Assembly (NCBI GenBank): GCA_964304625.1
Contig: OZ199838.1
Coordinates: 13,537,945 to 13,601,944, forward strand
Length of the DNA stretch: 64,000 nt
Direction of reading: 5' to 3'
Source of the DNA: Kudoa neothunni
Lineage: Eukaryota > Animalia > Cnidaria
Shown here: piece after piece, positions 37,602 to 49,400 of the stretch
Position numbering within the stretch: position 1 is the stretch's first letter
How the letters are laid out: the number at the start of each line of letters is the position of its first letter
The notes under the pieces: generated by a model
Database searches by the model: none
Told to the model about the DNA's origin: nothing
What the model saw: the letters and a program-made list of their open reading frames with translations, nothing else
Translations under genes and position numbers: made by a program

Positions 37602-40600
37602 CTAAATGAGCCCAAGAAGCTGATTAAATTCTTCATTGGAGAGGTCCAAATCATCGCATTGTGTTTTCGTGTCTATAAATCCACTTCAAAGTGTATCAAC
37701 AGAAAGCTAATTACTTTTAACCGTAGATTCCTCAAATTGGGAACTGGTTTGAGAATAGATATTGCTTACGTTTGCTTAAAAATTTTGGATGTAGATCAAC
37801 ATAGAATTATAAAATAATACTCAAATCACACAGATTGACACTGGATTTTATTACAAATAAAGAATTCGAAGTAAAATTTTCACAGTCTGAGTCGTGGCAC
37901 TTTTGGAAAACGTCGATGCACTGGTTTCTGATACATGCAATATAAAAGATATGATTGCTTTTGTGTTCACGGCCAATTTTATGGCAGAACCTATATATTC
38001 AATTAGAACATTTTAATGAGAGCAAGTAGGTTTTTAAGATGAATTAATTGAATAGTTAAGTTCAATAAAAACAGAAGATTTATTAATTGTCATCCAAACA
38101 AAAAAATTATTACGTAAATCAGGTTATTGGACAACATCTTGATAGTAAAATACTTTATTTAATCGTTAAATTATAAAAATTTTTGAAACCATTAATTACA
38201 TTACACAAATATTAATATATATATAAAGAATAAAAAAATTATTTTGTTAAATTTTGAAATTATATGTTTACTGCAAAGTAATGTTTAAATTAATGATAGT
38301 TGATGCATTTTGAACAAACACGATCCATTAATTAGAAAAAATAAATAAGCCAACAATATATTGAATAAACATTGTTATTTCGTTCATATTTGGAATTTTT
38401 ATTAAATCAAAACTTGAATAAGTTTACTTTAATATGAAAGAATAAAATAATACCTTTTTTTAAAAAACTAAAAAAATTCTTAATCAGCAGAGTAAATAAA
38501 TGAAATCTTATATATCAAATGTTCGATAATCTCTAGGATGAACGGGTCAAATTTTCGTAACATTCATAATAATTAAGTAAAATTAGAGAGTATTCAGATT
38601 TTAATTTGATTGTTTATTTAACTGTCTTCATGACATAGGAAGAGCTGAGGAAAAGAATCACATTCATATTTGTGAATACAATTAATCGATTAATCAAGAA
38701 AATAAATAATATCTCAGGATGTTTATCCGAAGAAGGGGAATTAATTGGAACAAAGTTATTAAACGTGTAACTTTTAGTGTAACAATAGAAAGTTTTTCTA
38801 ATTTCGGAAGACAGCTTTGTTACATCCTAGAGCAGGTGATACATATGGGATAAATAAGATTAAATTTTAGAATAAGACTGAGTAATTTTGTATTTTCTTA
38901 AAGAGTTTTCAATCAACCAATATTTTAAATACTAGCAACAAATTTTTCATCGACAACTTTGTATACACATTTAATTGATAAAAATGCCTCATCGAATCAA
39001 GAGATTTCAAGAAATTCAAAAACAATAAAATTTTATTGTGATCGTTTAGTGTATTAAGAAGAATAAATTTCGAATGTAATTAATTTATACATATAATTAT
39101 AATCAAAACATAATTCTAATTTTTAAATAATTTATTAACTCCTGAAATTCCACCATAAAGTAAACGTATTATGGTATATAATAAAAACATAGAAAAAACA
39201 ACTTGTATGTGGCAAAATTAGAAATTATACATCCTTTTTGAATACAATTAATCTCACCCTTAACATTTTTAATTGTTTCAATGTTGAAAGTTTCATATTG
39301 TTCAAAAAATACTATCATTATTCACGTAACTAGATCTTAGCGTTTTTAGTAGAAAGCTAATGGAAAAATATTTCTTTTCTAATTATGAAATATCTTATAA
39401 AAACCAACGACCGGTTTCATCTAAAGGTGAAAAAATAAATAATATATTCTATGATTGCATTATTTTAAATACCGAATGAAGTCTAAATCCTAAATAATAA
39501 TATCATTAATTTATTGGATAACAGCCTTAGTAGAAACAAAAAGAACATTTCACTTCCTCGCCAAATCATACATTATCAATAAAGGGATTTAAAATTCAGA
39601 TTATTCTCTCACAATTTTGCATAGTATAATCAAACAAACTGCAATTAGTAAAATATTTTTTTAACTTGATAAAAATTTAACCGAGAAAGAACTTGGTGTA
39701 AAGAAACCTTTAAATTTTCTAAATGAAACTATTTAAAAGATTATTAAAGGGTTTTCAGCGAATGATAAAAAATCAACACCATATTACTGACATGATTATC
39801 AAAGAAGGTATCGTGAAATTTGGTCCAGCCCCATAATCGTATTCTTCATAAAAAAAATTTATGTTAAAACTTTTACAAATTATTTTTTAGGAAGGGTAAT
39901 TGTCAAAATATAATAAAGCCAATCATTATAAGACTTAAAAAGATTTTCAGGAACGTTAATTTTGGTGGGTTTTCGCGAGGATAGGGATATTCATCTTCTG
40001 ATGGGAATCCAAAAATTTACAAAGTTGTTAAACCACCTCATCTGATAACCAGCTATTAATTAATCACATAGGATAAAGAAATAAACACTGTAAAAACTAT
40101 AATGATATTTTGTTGTTAACCCAAATGTCAAAACAATGAAAGTTTACATTATTGCTACTAAAAATAGGCGACTGATTAAATTATTACTAAACAAATAAAA
40201 TATTTATATTTCATCCAAATAGAGTTAAACAAAAGTTTTCTAATTACGAGAAAATAGGACATGATAATAATCTTACTGAACCAGATTATTTAGTATTGGT
40301 TTATGCAATAATTCGTAATACTCTCAATATTCGTCCATTAATATTATGCATATTTTAGAGTATTATTTAGAAATAATTTTCTGAGTAGAAGAAATTAAAA
40401 ACCATAAATATTTTAATTTAATTGGGGAGCAAGAATTGTCAAAAATACCTATATCCGCCAATTTCGTAAATAATAGAACAACCCAACGAAGTCTTTTTTC
40501 TTATAAAACCTTTTCCTTTGGATACAGAATTTAGATGGAACAAAACTTGTTGATCAATAAGATTTTCATCAATAACCATTTGAGCCTCCACCTGGCTATT

Positions 40601-41955
40601 ATAATTGGAATCGTTTTGTCTACTGTGGGTTGCAGTAGTGGTACTATTGGTCGAAGTGGGTTTAGTGGAGGTCTCTGAAAATTGTAGAAGGATATATTTT
40701 CCAGATGAATTATTATCGGTGGTTTTATTGATTAGTGGCTGTTGTGAATCAGTAGTCGGCGCATCACCAATATGAGAAATATAACTTGCTTGAGAAAGCA
40801 CAGAATTTATTCTCCTTTGAGTAAATTCATAGGGTACAACTAACGAATGTTGTAACCATTTGTAATCATGGCTGATTTCAAAAACTGCGTTATACGGACG
40901 AATGTTTGTTCTTACCGAGTTGAAATAAGTGGAACGTTGATGTTTGGACAGTTTCAGAGTTCGATTAGATCCAACCTAAATTATATGAGACAATTAGAAG
41001 TTATTATCTTATTTTAAAATAATAGAGGCTATGAGTTAGCATAAGAAAGCATTGGTTCACTTTGTTGGATAGATATAAACGGAAACTTCGATTTTTCGAA
41101 TAGACCGACAGATCAGCTAGAAATGTGGGGGTTTTTTTTGTCGAAACCACCATCAACAAACATATATTGCAAAAGTTGGTGGATTGCGGTTGATTAATCG
41201 CATTAAAAACAATATCGCCATTCAAATATGCCTTACAACCACAATTGCAATCTGCCCAGTGATTGAATACATTGGCATAGCACTGTTTAACGAAACAGCC
41301 AACTTGAAAATTGTTAATAAAAAATATATTTCTCCCAATGTGAAATATCAAATGGCAAGAATATTTCTTCTCATCGGAGGAATCTAGCCAAACCACTCGA
41401 TCTATCGAACATTGTAGATTGAAATATCTATTTAAAATGTAATGAAAAAATTACACGTAACAAAATTCCTCACCTTAACAACTGTTCACAAACGTATTCA
41501 ATAAATCTTATTACAACCTTATCTCCATCTTCGGCAATATGTGGATTGTCATCTTTTAAAAACTCCAAATCAAAGTACAACCTACACGGTGTATCACCGG
41601 GGATAACTTCATAATAATGCCGTTTGTTAGGCTGAAACAAAAAATATTTTTCAGAAAATGATTCCAACGTAGAGCTAACAAATTCGTAGGTTGATTTTGA
41701 GTCATTGTCGTTGTTGGCAACGAGCTTTTCTTGAGCAAACACACGATACAACTCACTCCCGACTGTTTCCACATGCTCAAATGCGTTAATCAATTTTGAA
41801 AATATTTTAAACGAATTTCCGCAACTTAGAAGTAAATTTTTAGAAGGTGACACGCGTTTAAAACCAATATTGCAATTCTTGATAGTATTGGTGCTTTGAT
41901 TGTCACTTTTAATCAAATCATCATTTTTTTGTCTATAGAAATTATTCGCCCCCAT
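37602..41955 (-). CDS. PRIMPOL: DNA primase-polymerase PrimPol (AEP domain plus UL52-like zinc finger)
   Basis: HYYEVIPGDTPCRLYFDLEF (motif I DxE), LDSSDEKKYSCHLIF (SxH), ADLSVYSKNRSFRL. Zn-finger exon at about 37830-37991 (YR|FCHKIGREHKSNHIF...QKCHDSDC) follows a ~2.46-kb intron. Acidic C-terminus DDLDLSNEEFNQLLGLI*. Confidence 0.93.
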
Positions 41956-42834
41956 CAATCACGGCTAAAACTATCCTTCATTAAAAAATAGCGCTCAATC
42001 GCCAGAAGCAACTAAGAAAATGGCCGCCTATTGAGAAATGCGCGCGTTCCTGAAATATCGTTAACATTGTAATTCTCTTTTCAAAGAACCTACCCTAATT
42101 CATTCTAAATTATTAATATGTGGCTGATTTTAATTTAATAATCCAATAAAGAAACACCCCAGCTCAAACTCCTCCGAAAAGGTGTAGGTTCGACACATAC
42201 GCAAAAATAAAAGATCTCAGTCATAATACTTCACAGTTGAAATCGAGGGCATATTAGATTTGAGGATCGTAATTTTAAACTAAAATAGATTTTAGCGGTC
42301 GAATTTTTAAAAAAGTTTCGACGTTTGTTTTCCGAGAAAAGTCGGAATCACCCCAAAAACTTAAAATGGTTAGTAACCGGAGAGAAATTGGCAGTTTTCT
42401 CGTTGAATGGATCGACATAGAAAAGGGAAGAAATGGATTAACATATAAATATTGCAAAGCGAAAATATCTCTACAACAAAATAGAATTTACACGCAAATA
42501 AAGTCAAAGAAACATACTTCGTTAATCTTCCGAACGTTTCTGGGGTCAAATTGACCCCAGAGCCCATTGTATTACACGTAGTATGTACATAGAAGAATCG
42601 ACAAACAAACAATGCGCAGAGGGGTGTTTTTTAGGTGCCACATCCTACCCTATTACCGAAGAATCTAACAATAGTAATATCTGTTGCATTCTCTTAAAAC
42701 ATGTAATATCTTATAATTATTTAGTAAAAATTTAAAAAAGTGGATTAAACAACGATATACAATAAAAATATACACTTAGTGCTTGTTGGGGTCAATTTGA
42801 CGCCAAGGTTTTTATTGCTTTTAATGATACTAAA

Positions 42835-43773
42835 GGCCAAACTGCAGTTTGGGGCTATTCTTCGGCAAATATCGGATATAGTCGCGGAAAATAAAATAAA
42901 ATATGTAAAATACATTATCAATGGAGATATAATTCATTAATTGTTAATATATATATATATATTTTAAAAGTTTCAATAATGAATTTTCTTTTTAAATGAT
43001 ATTCTGAGAGGTAAGAACCCATCAATTCTGACCTCTTGTTGGTGATGTGGCGATACTTTCTTTTCACTGTCCCCAAATGGCTTCGATGCGATTAGTATGA
43101 ACTCCATCCATTCTTTTGAAGCCATCTTTATGGATCATAACTTCGTGTTGATAACCAATAAGGGACAAATCCTTGTATCCCTTCCAACCATCCGTCCAAA
43201 TCATCGAGCCCAATTCAAAATTCTTCCACGATGGTATTTTCTTCTGCAGATAAATGACTAATCGATTTGAACAACAAAGCCAGGAGAACCGATTTTTTCG
43301 CGATGGGAGTCTAAGTATTCATAGTAAATTTCTCGGATATACTGCATCCAATCAATTACAGTGTGCTCAGAACCAATGCCCAGCTGTCTACATATTGTTC
43401 TATATGACATATTTATGTCGTTCAGATTAAAATACATCAGGGCAAATATCTGCCACAACGATAAATGTGACCCCTCAAAAAAGGTTCCATTTCTGATGGA
43501 ACATTTCTTTTTGCAAACGTCGCAAAAAAATACGTACAAATCATTTTTATTTTTTTAATTTATCAGATACATATCTGATGAACATTTATTGCACTTTTTA
43601 ACTTTTGGCAGCAGCCCCAAATTTTGTAGCGCGTTAAAAAGTTTTTCAAAATCGGATTTTAAAAGAAACAAGTCTTCTAATAACATAGTGTCTATTGAAA
43701 ACTCCATTTTAAAAACTGATGCACGAGTGTATCCGATACTTGCCGAAGAATAGCCCCAAACTGCAGTTTAGCC
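42835..43773 (-). mobile_element. Merlin/IS1595-family transposon 1 (internally deleted), 9-bp TSD GATACTAAA
   Basis: About 45-bp TIR GG(C/T)-type GGCCAAACTGCAGTTTGGGGCTATTCTTCGGCAA.TATCGGATA with a perfect TSD. Transposase remnants CDVCKKKCSIRNGTFFEGSHL, KIGSPGFVVQID, IWTDGWKGY and VHTNRIE. Confidence 0.95.
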
Positions 43774-44020
43774 GATACTAAATAATTTAAAAATGAATGG
43801 TCGAGTTTGATTGAATTCTGTAGGCAGAATACTGAAAAAACAAGGAAAGCATGTAAACGAGATCATACGCGAAGACACGGATGCATGCGTTTTACCGCAC
43901 CGTTCGCACGAATTTAACTGAAACATGCTCATAAGTGTCCAAGGAAGACTTTGGTGAGATTTATCTCATTAATTATAAGCGCGATTCTAACGAAATATTG
44001 TATGTCAATTACTTTAGTTA

Positions 44021-45101
44021 GGCTAAAGTGGAGTTTAGTGCCTGTGCGCTCGCACTCGACCGAAACATCCCGAACGCAATAAAAACACAAACTTAGTTAG
44101 AAAATGTGTAAATCGACACTATTTAATTTATTGTTCCGCCAAATAAATTTTGTTAAAAAAATTTTTTTGAATACATAAATTCGGCCAAATAAACTTTAAT
44201 TAGATCTGGCTTTTGGTTACGGATGGGGTTTAATTTTCTTTTAACTGCATCCCAAGTGCTTTCAATTTTGTTTGTGTGAACCCCGCTAGATGAAACAAAT
44301 TCGTTTTTATGGTTAACAACTTCATGAAAGTAACCTATAGAATCTAGATTTCTATATCCATCCCAGCAGTCAGACCATATGATGGATCCAACTTCGACAT
44401 TTCTCGAAATAATCATCTCCAGAGTTTGTTGGTTTCTTACGGTCGTTATCTCTATAAAAGCGTTGCCAACTTCGTCGATTCCTCCCACAATCCACTGCTC
44501 CTGATTAGCCAACATTCTACCTACATTGTATTTGCGTTTGCAAATTTAGCTTTCATCAACTTGGACAATCATTCTTGTCGCTCCAATTTTGGTAGAATTG
44601 CTGATAAAATAATTATAATATATATAGCGGATGAAGTTCTTCCAATAAACTACTGTTTTCGACGTCACCTTCATTTCTTTGATTAAAAAATCTTGATTGT
44701 AAATATCATTCGAATAATAATAATACAGTAGCTTCAATATTTGACTGAAACTTAGATGGCTTCTTTCAAAAAACGAACCTCTTCTAATCGAAACATATTT
44801 TCTGCATTTGTTGCAATGAAAGATATAACCATCTGTAACACTTACTTTTTTTGTTAACGACATAGAGTCGCCACAACAGTTCACGTTCTTCGCAATTAAG
44901 CCAAAGTGCATCATAAATTTGACGCCGTACTCCTTATTTAGCCACAACAAATCAATAAAAAATATATTAATGTCTTCTAAATTGATGGTACTAATTTCTG
45001 GCAGAGGAACAACGACATTCATTTCGCGGCGTGCCATATTAATCCGATTATAACAACGAAGATTATTTGCGCGCGCATTGGCACTAAACTCCACTTTAGC
45101 C
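44021..45101 (-). mobile_element. Merlin/IS1595-family transposon 2, nearly intact transposase
   Basis: TIR GGCTAAAGTGGAGTTTAGTGCC; 9-bp TSD CTTTAGTTA/CCTTGGTTA (7/9 match). Transposase SIRRGSFFE, VQVDE, WIVGGID, IWSDCWDGY, VNHKNEFV, HTNKIESTW, YLAEFMY with one in-frame TAA at 44546. Confidence 0.93.
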
Positions 45102-46451
45102 CCTTGGTTACTGAAATCCAAATTCTGACGGATCTAACGATATAGATGAGGATTTGAATATGTTTTGTGAGAAGACTAATGTTTATAGCCTAAATTATAT
45201 CCAAAGAGCGATATAAAAAAATCACGTTGCTTACGTGCGATCAAAACTGGATTAAAATGGTTGAATGACAATTTTCATTTTCCCCTGTTCCATTCCCGAG
45301 GGGATTACTTGGAAGTGGTTACCGACCGTAGGAAATGAATTTATTACTCGCGTCACGAATTAATTTAATTCACCAATATTTTCAGTAAAAAAATATTTAA
45401 ACTCATTTTTACACGCCAAAAATTGATTTATCTCCTTAATTCGTTACAATAAAGCCCAAGTTGACGAAAACACAGGTTGTGCCAACGAATTCCCACAAAT
45501 TCGAACTATTTTTTATACATGCAATGTAAATCTTGGTGAAAATACGACAAATATTTGTGGATAAATTTTTATTGAATTTTACATATGATTATTTAATTAT
45601 TTATTGCATTTAACCATGCAATAACCGCCTGGGATCAATTTGACCTCAAATGCGCCAAGTGTTTAGTCGACTTTGAGGCGCCACGAAGGTTAATAAGCGC
45701 TTCAAAACACTTCTCTGTCAATTTTTAGAGATAAAAAACGACAAAATTGCGAAAAAGTTTGGTTATTGTTCTTGATGTCTTTGCGCTATCGCCACTTGAT
45801 AAGAAAAGTTTTTTGAGGGGATCTTGTCCCAATCTTTTTTAAAATTTAAAATGTTTAACATGCGCGCTCGCGCATCAATGAACCAATCAAAATAAACGTC
45901 GAAAACGGCGATCCCTACTTATAAGTATCAAATAAAGTATATTTTGATGTATTCACAGTTATCTCATCAAAAATTTTAATTTTTATATATATTTTAAAAG
46001 GAAGAAATTCAAAATACATAAAATATTTCATAATTGTTTACCCTTTTAAACCTTATTGGACCACCATATGGTAATCTCGTAAAAAACCAAGCGGAAAAGA
46101 ATGCAATTTTCCCCCCAATTTTATGACACTAATATAGGAAAAATTAAATTTGAACAATTTACAAGATACTCCAAGAGAAAATTGTTGGATTTAAATGAGG
46201 TTTTGAAGTAGTTTAATCATTGGGCGGACTCCACGAGCTCATGATGGTCCATTGAAAATAATATTATCACCAACAACGTACTATCCGAAACCCAATGAAA
46301 CTAACGGCACGCGCAAGCGTAATACACTTTATTAGATTTGTTAGAGTGCGACCTTTTGAACGTACCTTACTGATTTTAAATAACGTAAACCTGTCGTTTT
46401 CAACGTAGAAATTCCCATTTACGGGTTAATCACTTTTTAAAAGGTTTAAAA

Positions 46452-49400
46452 ATGTTTTCTTTTGATTCGACTGGAAAGGAGAAAGCTGAGTCTACTATGA
46501 AGGCTCAAGAGGGTGATAAGATAAATGTTTAGGCATTTAATCATGAAATTTATAATTTTTATCTAGTAGAAGAACAAACAGAGGAAAAAGGACCTTACAA
46601 GTTTGTGCACACTTTCGGTTATCTCACTAAGCCAAAGCCAGCCAGCATTCCCAAAAAAATAAGATTAGCCGCGAAAAATCGGGTTATGCAATGCGCAGAG
46701 CAATTGGAATTTAATTATACACAGTATTTCACAGAAGAAGCCGAGGATTTGTGGGTGGATCCCAATGACGATGATGAGCGTAAGTTTCTCACACCAAACG
46801 CAGTGACAGTTCAAAACGAGCCACGGCCGGCTGACAATCTTAGCAAACCACAATCAACCGAAAAATCCACAAAAACAAATGCGAATCAAGACTACTCTAC
46901 CAACGAAGATATCATTAAGATAGCACCCAAAAGTTTACCAGTTTTTAATGTGAAAGAAGACCTGAAGAATTTAGATATTTTTGAGATGGATGTTACAGCT
47001 GAAGATGAAAACGATACGTTAAATAAGGATATATTCTATGATATGATTGAGAAAGAATTCCCTAACAACAATTTTCTCGAACCCAACCAAACGGATTCCA
47101 TTGAATATGATCCCAGCTTAAAAAACTGTGTTTATGAGTTAATTCCATGGGAGAACGAATTGGTTCCTTTTAACAATGAGATCCAAACCAATATGATTGA
47201 TGTGTTGAAAGCTGGTTGGATTCCATCCACCGACATTCGAACTTGGAAGGATTTTATCACACATGAATTCCAAAATAATTCATTAGATCATGAAACATTG
47301 TTGTTATTTTTAAATGTATTGGCATCCCTGAAAATGTCAGCCGATCATCCTGATGGTAGTTACAATGTGAAAGATTGGTACAATATTCTTATTGGCTCAC
47401 ATGGCAACAACTATGAAAATGATATCTACAGCCTACCAACCTATATCACCAGACATTTGATCACATTTCAGAACCCCGCTTATGCACAGCAACTTTCCAT
47501 TGTGTCCAATGTTCGCGACTTAATGAACATATCCAGTGACAACTATTACATCGAAGGAAGGAAAACTCAAGGAGAAGATATTTTTGATGAATCAGCTATC
47601 AATATAAAGCATGCATATCCCGCTGAGATTATGCATCGAACACTTATGCCAATATATTTGGACTGTGTTGCCGCGAGGAATTTTCATCGGCCGATTTTGG
47701 CGCCTCTTGCATATGGGCCACTTTCTAAACCGGGCTATCGAGCTGTTCGTAATTTACAGAGTCACATTAAGAAAAAGTCCAAAGAGATGCAGAAGAAACG
47801 CAAACTATCGGGCTATTCAGATATTTCATTTATGCAAACACTCGACGATATAACCAGCACTGATGGCCACATAATTTTGATCGAATACTCAGAAGAGTTT
47901 CCTCCGTTCCTTTGTCAGAATGGAATGAATTCGGTGTTGATTCAATTTTGTAAGTTGTTCCACGAGAAAAATTCCATCCCAATCGTCAACTATGACAGTC
48001 GTCAACAAACTACCACTCCAAACACTAACCCAAATCTAACGCCTACGGTCCGGACGAATCAACCGCCTATATCACGTAGTTCCAATAACCAATCTGCTAG
48101 CATGATTACTGCTCCAAAAAGACATCCGGGTGCCAATTTAGCTTCCACTATTGCTAGCACTAACCTCGGTGGTTCTACTATGATGATGAATCGAACGGGT
48201 AGACCAGCCAATGATGGTAATACGTTACCAGTTATAAATACTGAATCAACCCGGATAAACACCTCACGGTTTATCCGAAATGAACCTAAATTTGGAGAGT
48301 ACGGAAAACCGATGTATGTGGATACGGTGTCTCCTTTTCTTGGTAGCTTGGACGCAAACCAAGTGTTGCTAGCGATGGAGAACAACCTTTGTCGTGCGCC
48401 ACTCTATCTTCATGATATTCCAAAAACAGATTTTCTGATCATTCGCAACTCAGGAGGATATTTCATTAGAGAATTTCAATCTGTTTTTTTGGCCGGCCAA
48501 CAAATACCCAAACGAATTATTCCTGTCCCTGGATCCAAAGCATCCTCCAAATACAACCGAGATCTACTTCAAGTGTACATCTATCGATATTTCCACCGCA
48601 GCAAGGAGATACCTCCTCGTCTAAAAACTGATGAAATTCGTCGCCTTTTCAAACACAACTCCGAAAATGCCATTCGCAAACGTCTTAAATATTGCTCCGA
48701 CTACAAGAGAAATTCTTCTACTCCAGGGGAAGTTGGCAGTTGGCATTTGAGAGAAAATTTCAACCTGCCCTCATTTGATGAAATGACCAGGTTGTGCCGC
48801 CCTGAAGATGCCTGTGTTTATTTTGGTATGATTTCCGCTGAACGTCGCCTAAAGGTATTTGACCATGTTCGATTAAAATGAAACGTAGTTTATCTATGGT
48901 GATTGTTGATTAGGACTTGGGCTATGAAAAAAAGGTGTACTCGGTCAATGACAACGGTGATGATGATGTTTTGGACGCGCTTCGCGGCGAAGATGAAATA
49001 TTATCAGCTCCATGGAATACTACTCATGCTTTTATCGATTCAATTCGCGGAAAATGTGTTCTTTCTGTTAGTAATGGTCCCGCTGATCCAACCGGAAAAC
49101 GGCTTTCATTCTCCTACTCTAAGGTGGACTCCAGAAGTAATTCGATCTCAACAAGTGAATCTGCTGCCAACAACTCCGACACATCAGGATCCAAAACCAC
49201 TCCTTCAATACCTCAGACAGACCTTCGAAAAATCAATATGAAAGTCGCAAAGAAATATCTAATTTCATTTGGATTGAATGCTAAAAAAGTCGAGGATATG
49301 ACTCGCTGGGAGGTGGTTGATGCCATTAAGAAATTCGTCCAGGATGATAAAAATTTACCATCAAGTACATTGATTTTCCTTGCTGTTGTGTTTCACATAT

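Larger units (their letters stand above)
42772..45693 (+). mobile_element. Decayed piggyBac-like shell containing two Merlin elements
   Basis: Inverted subterminal repeats ACACTTAGTGCTTGTTGGGGTCAATTTGAC (42772) versus GATCAATTTGACCTCAAATGCGCCAAGTGT (about 45633-45662). Right end GAAGG|TTAA. A remnant RNIVC-NYFS motif at about 43991-44020 is cut by Merlin-2. Confidence 0.6.
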
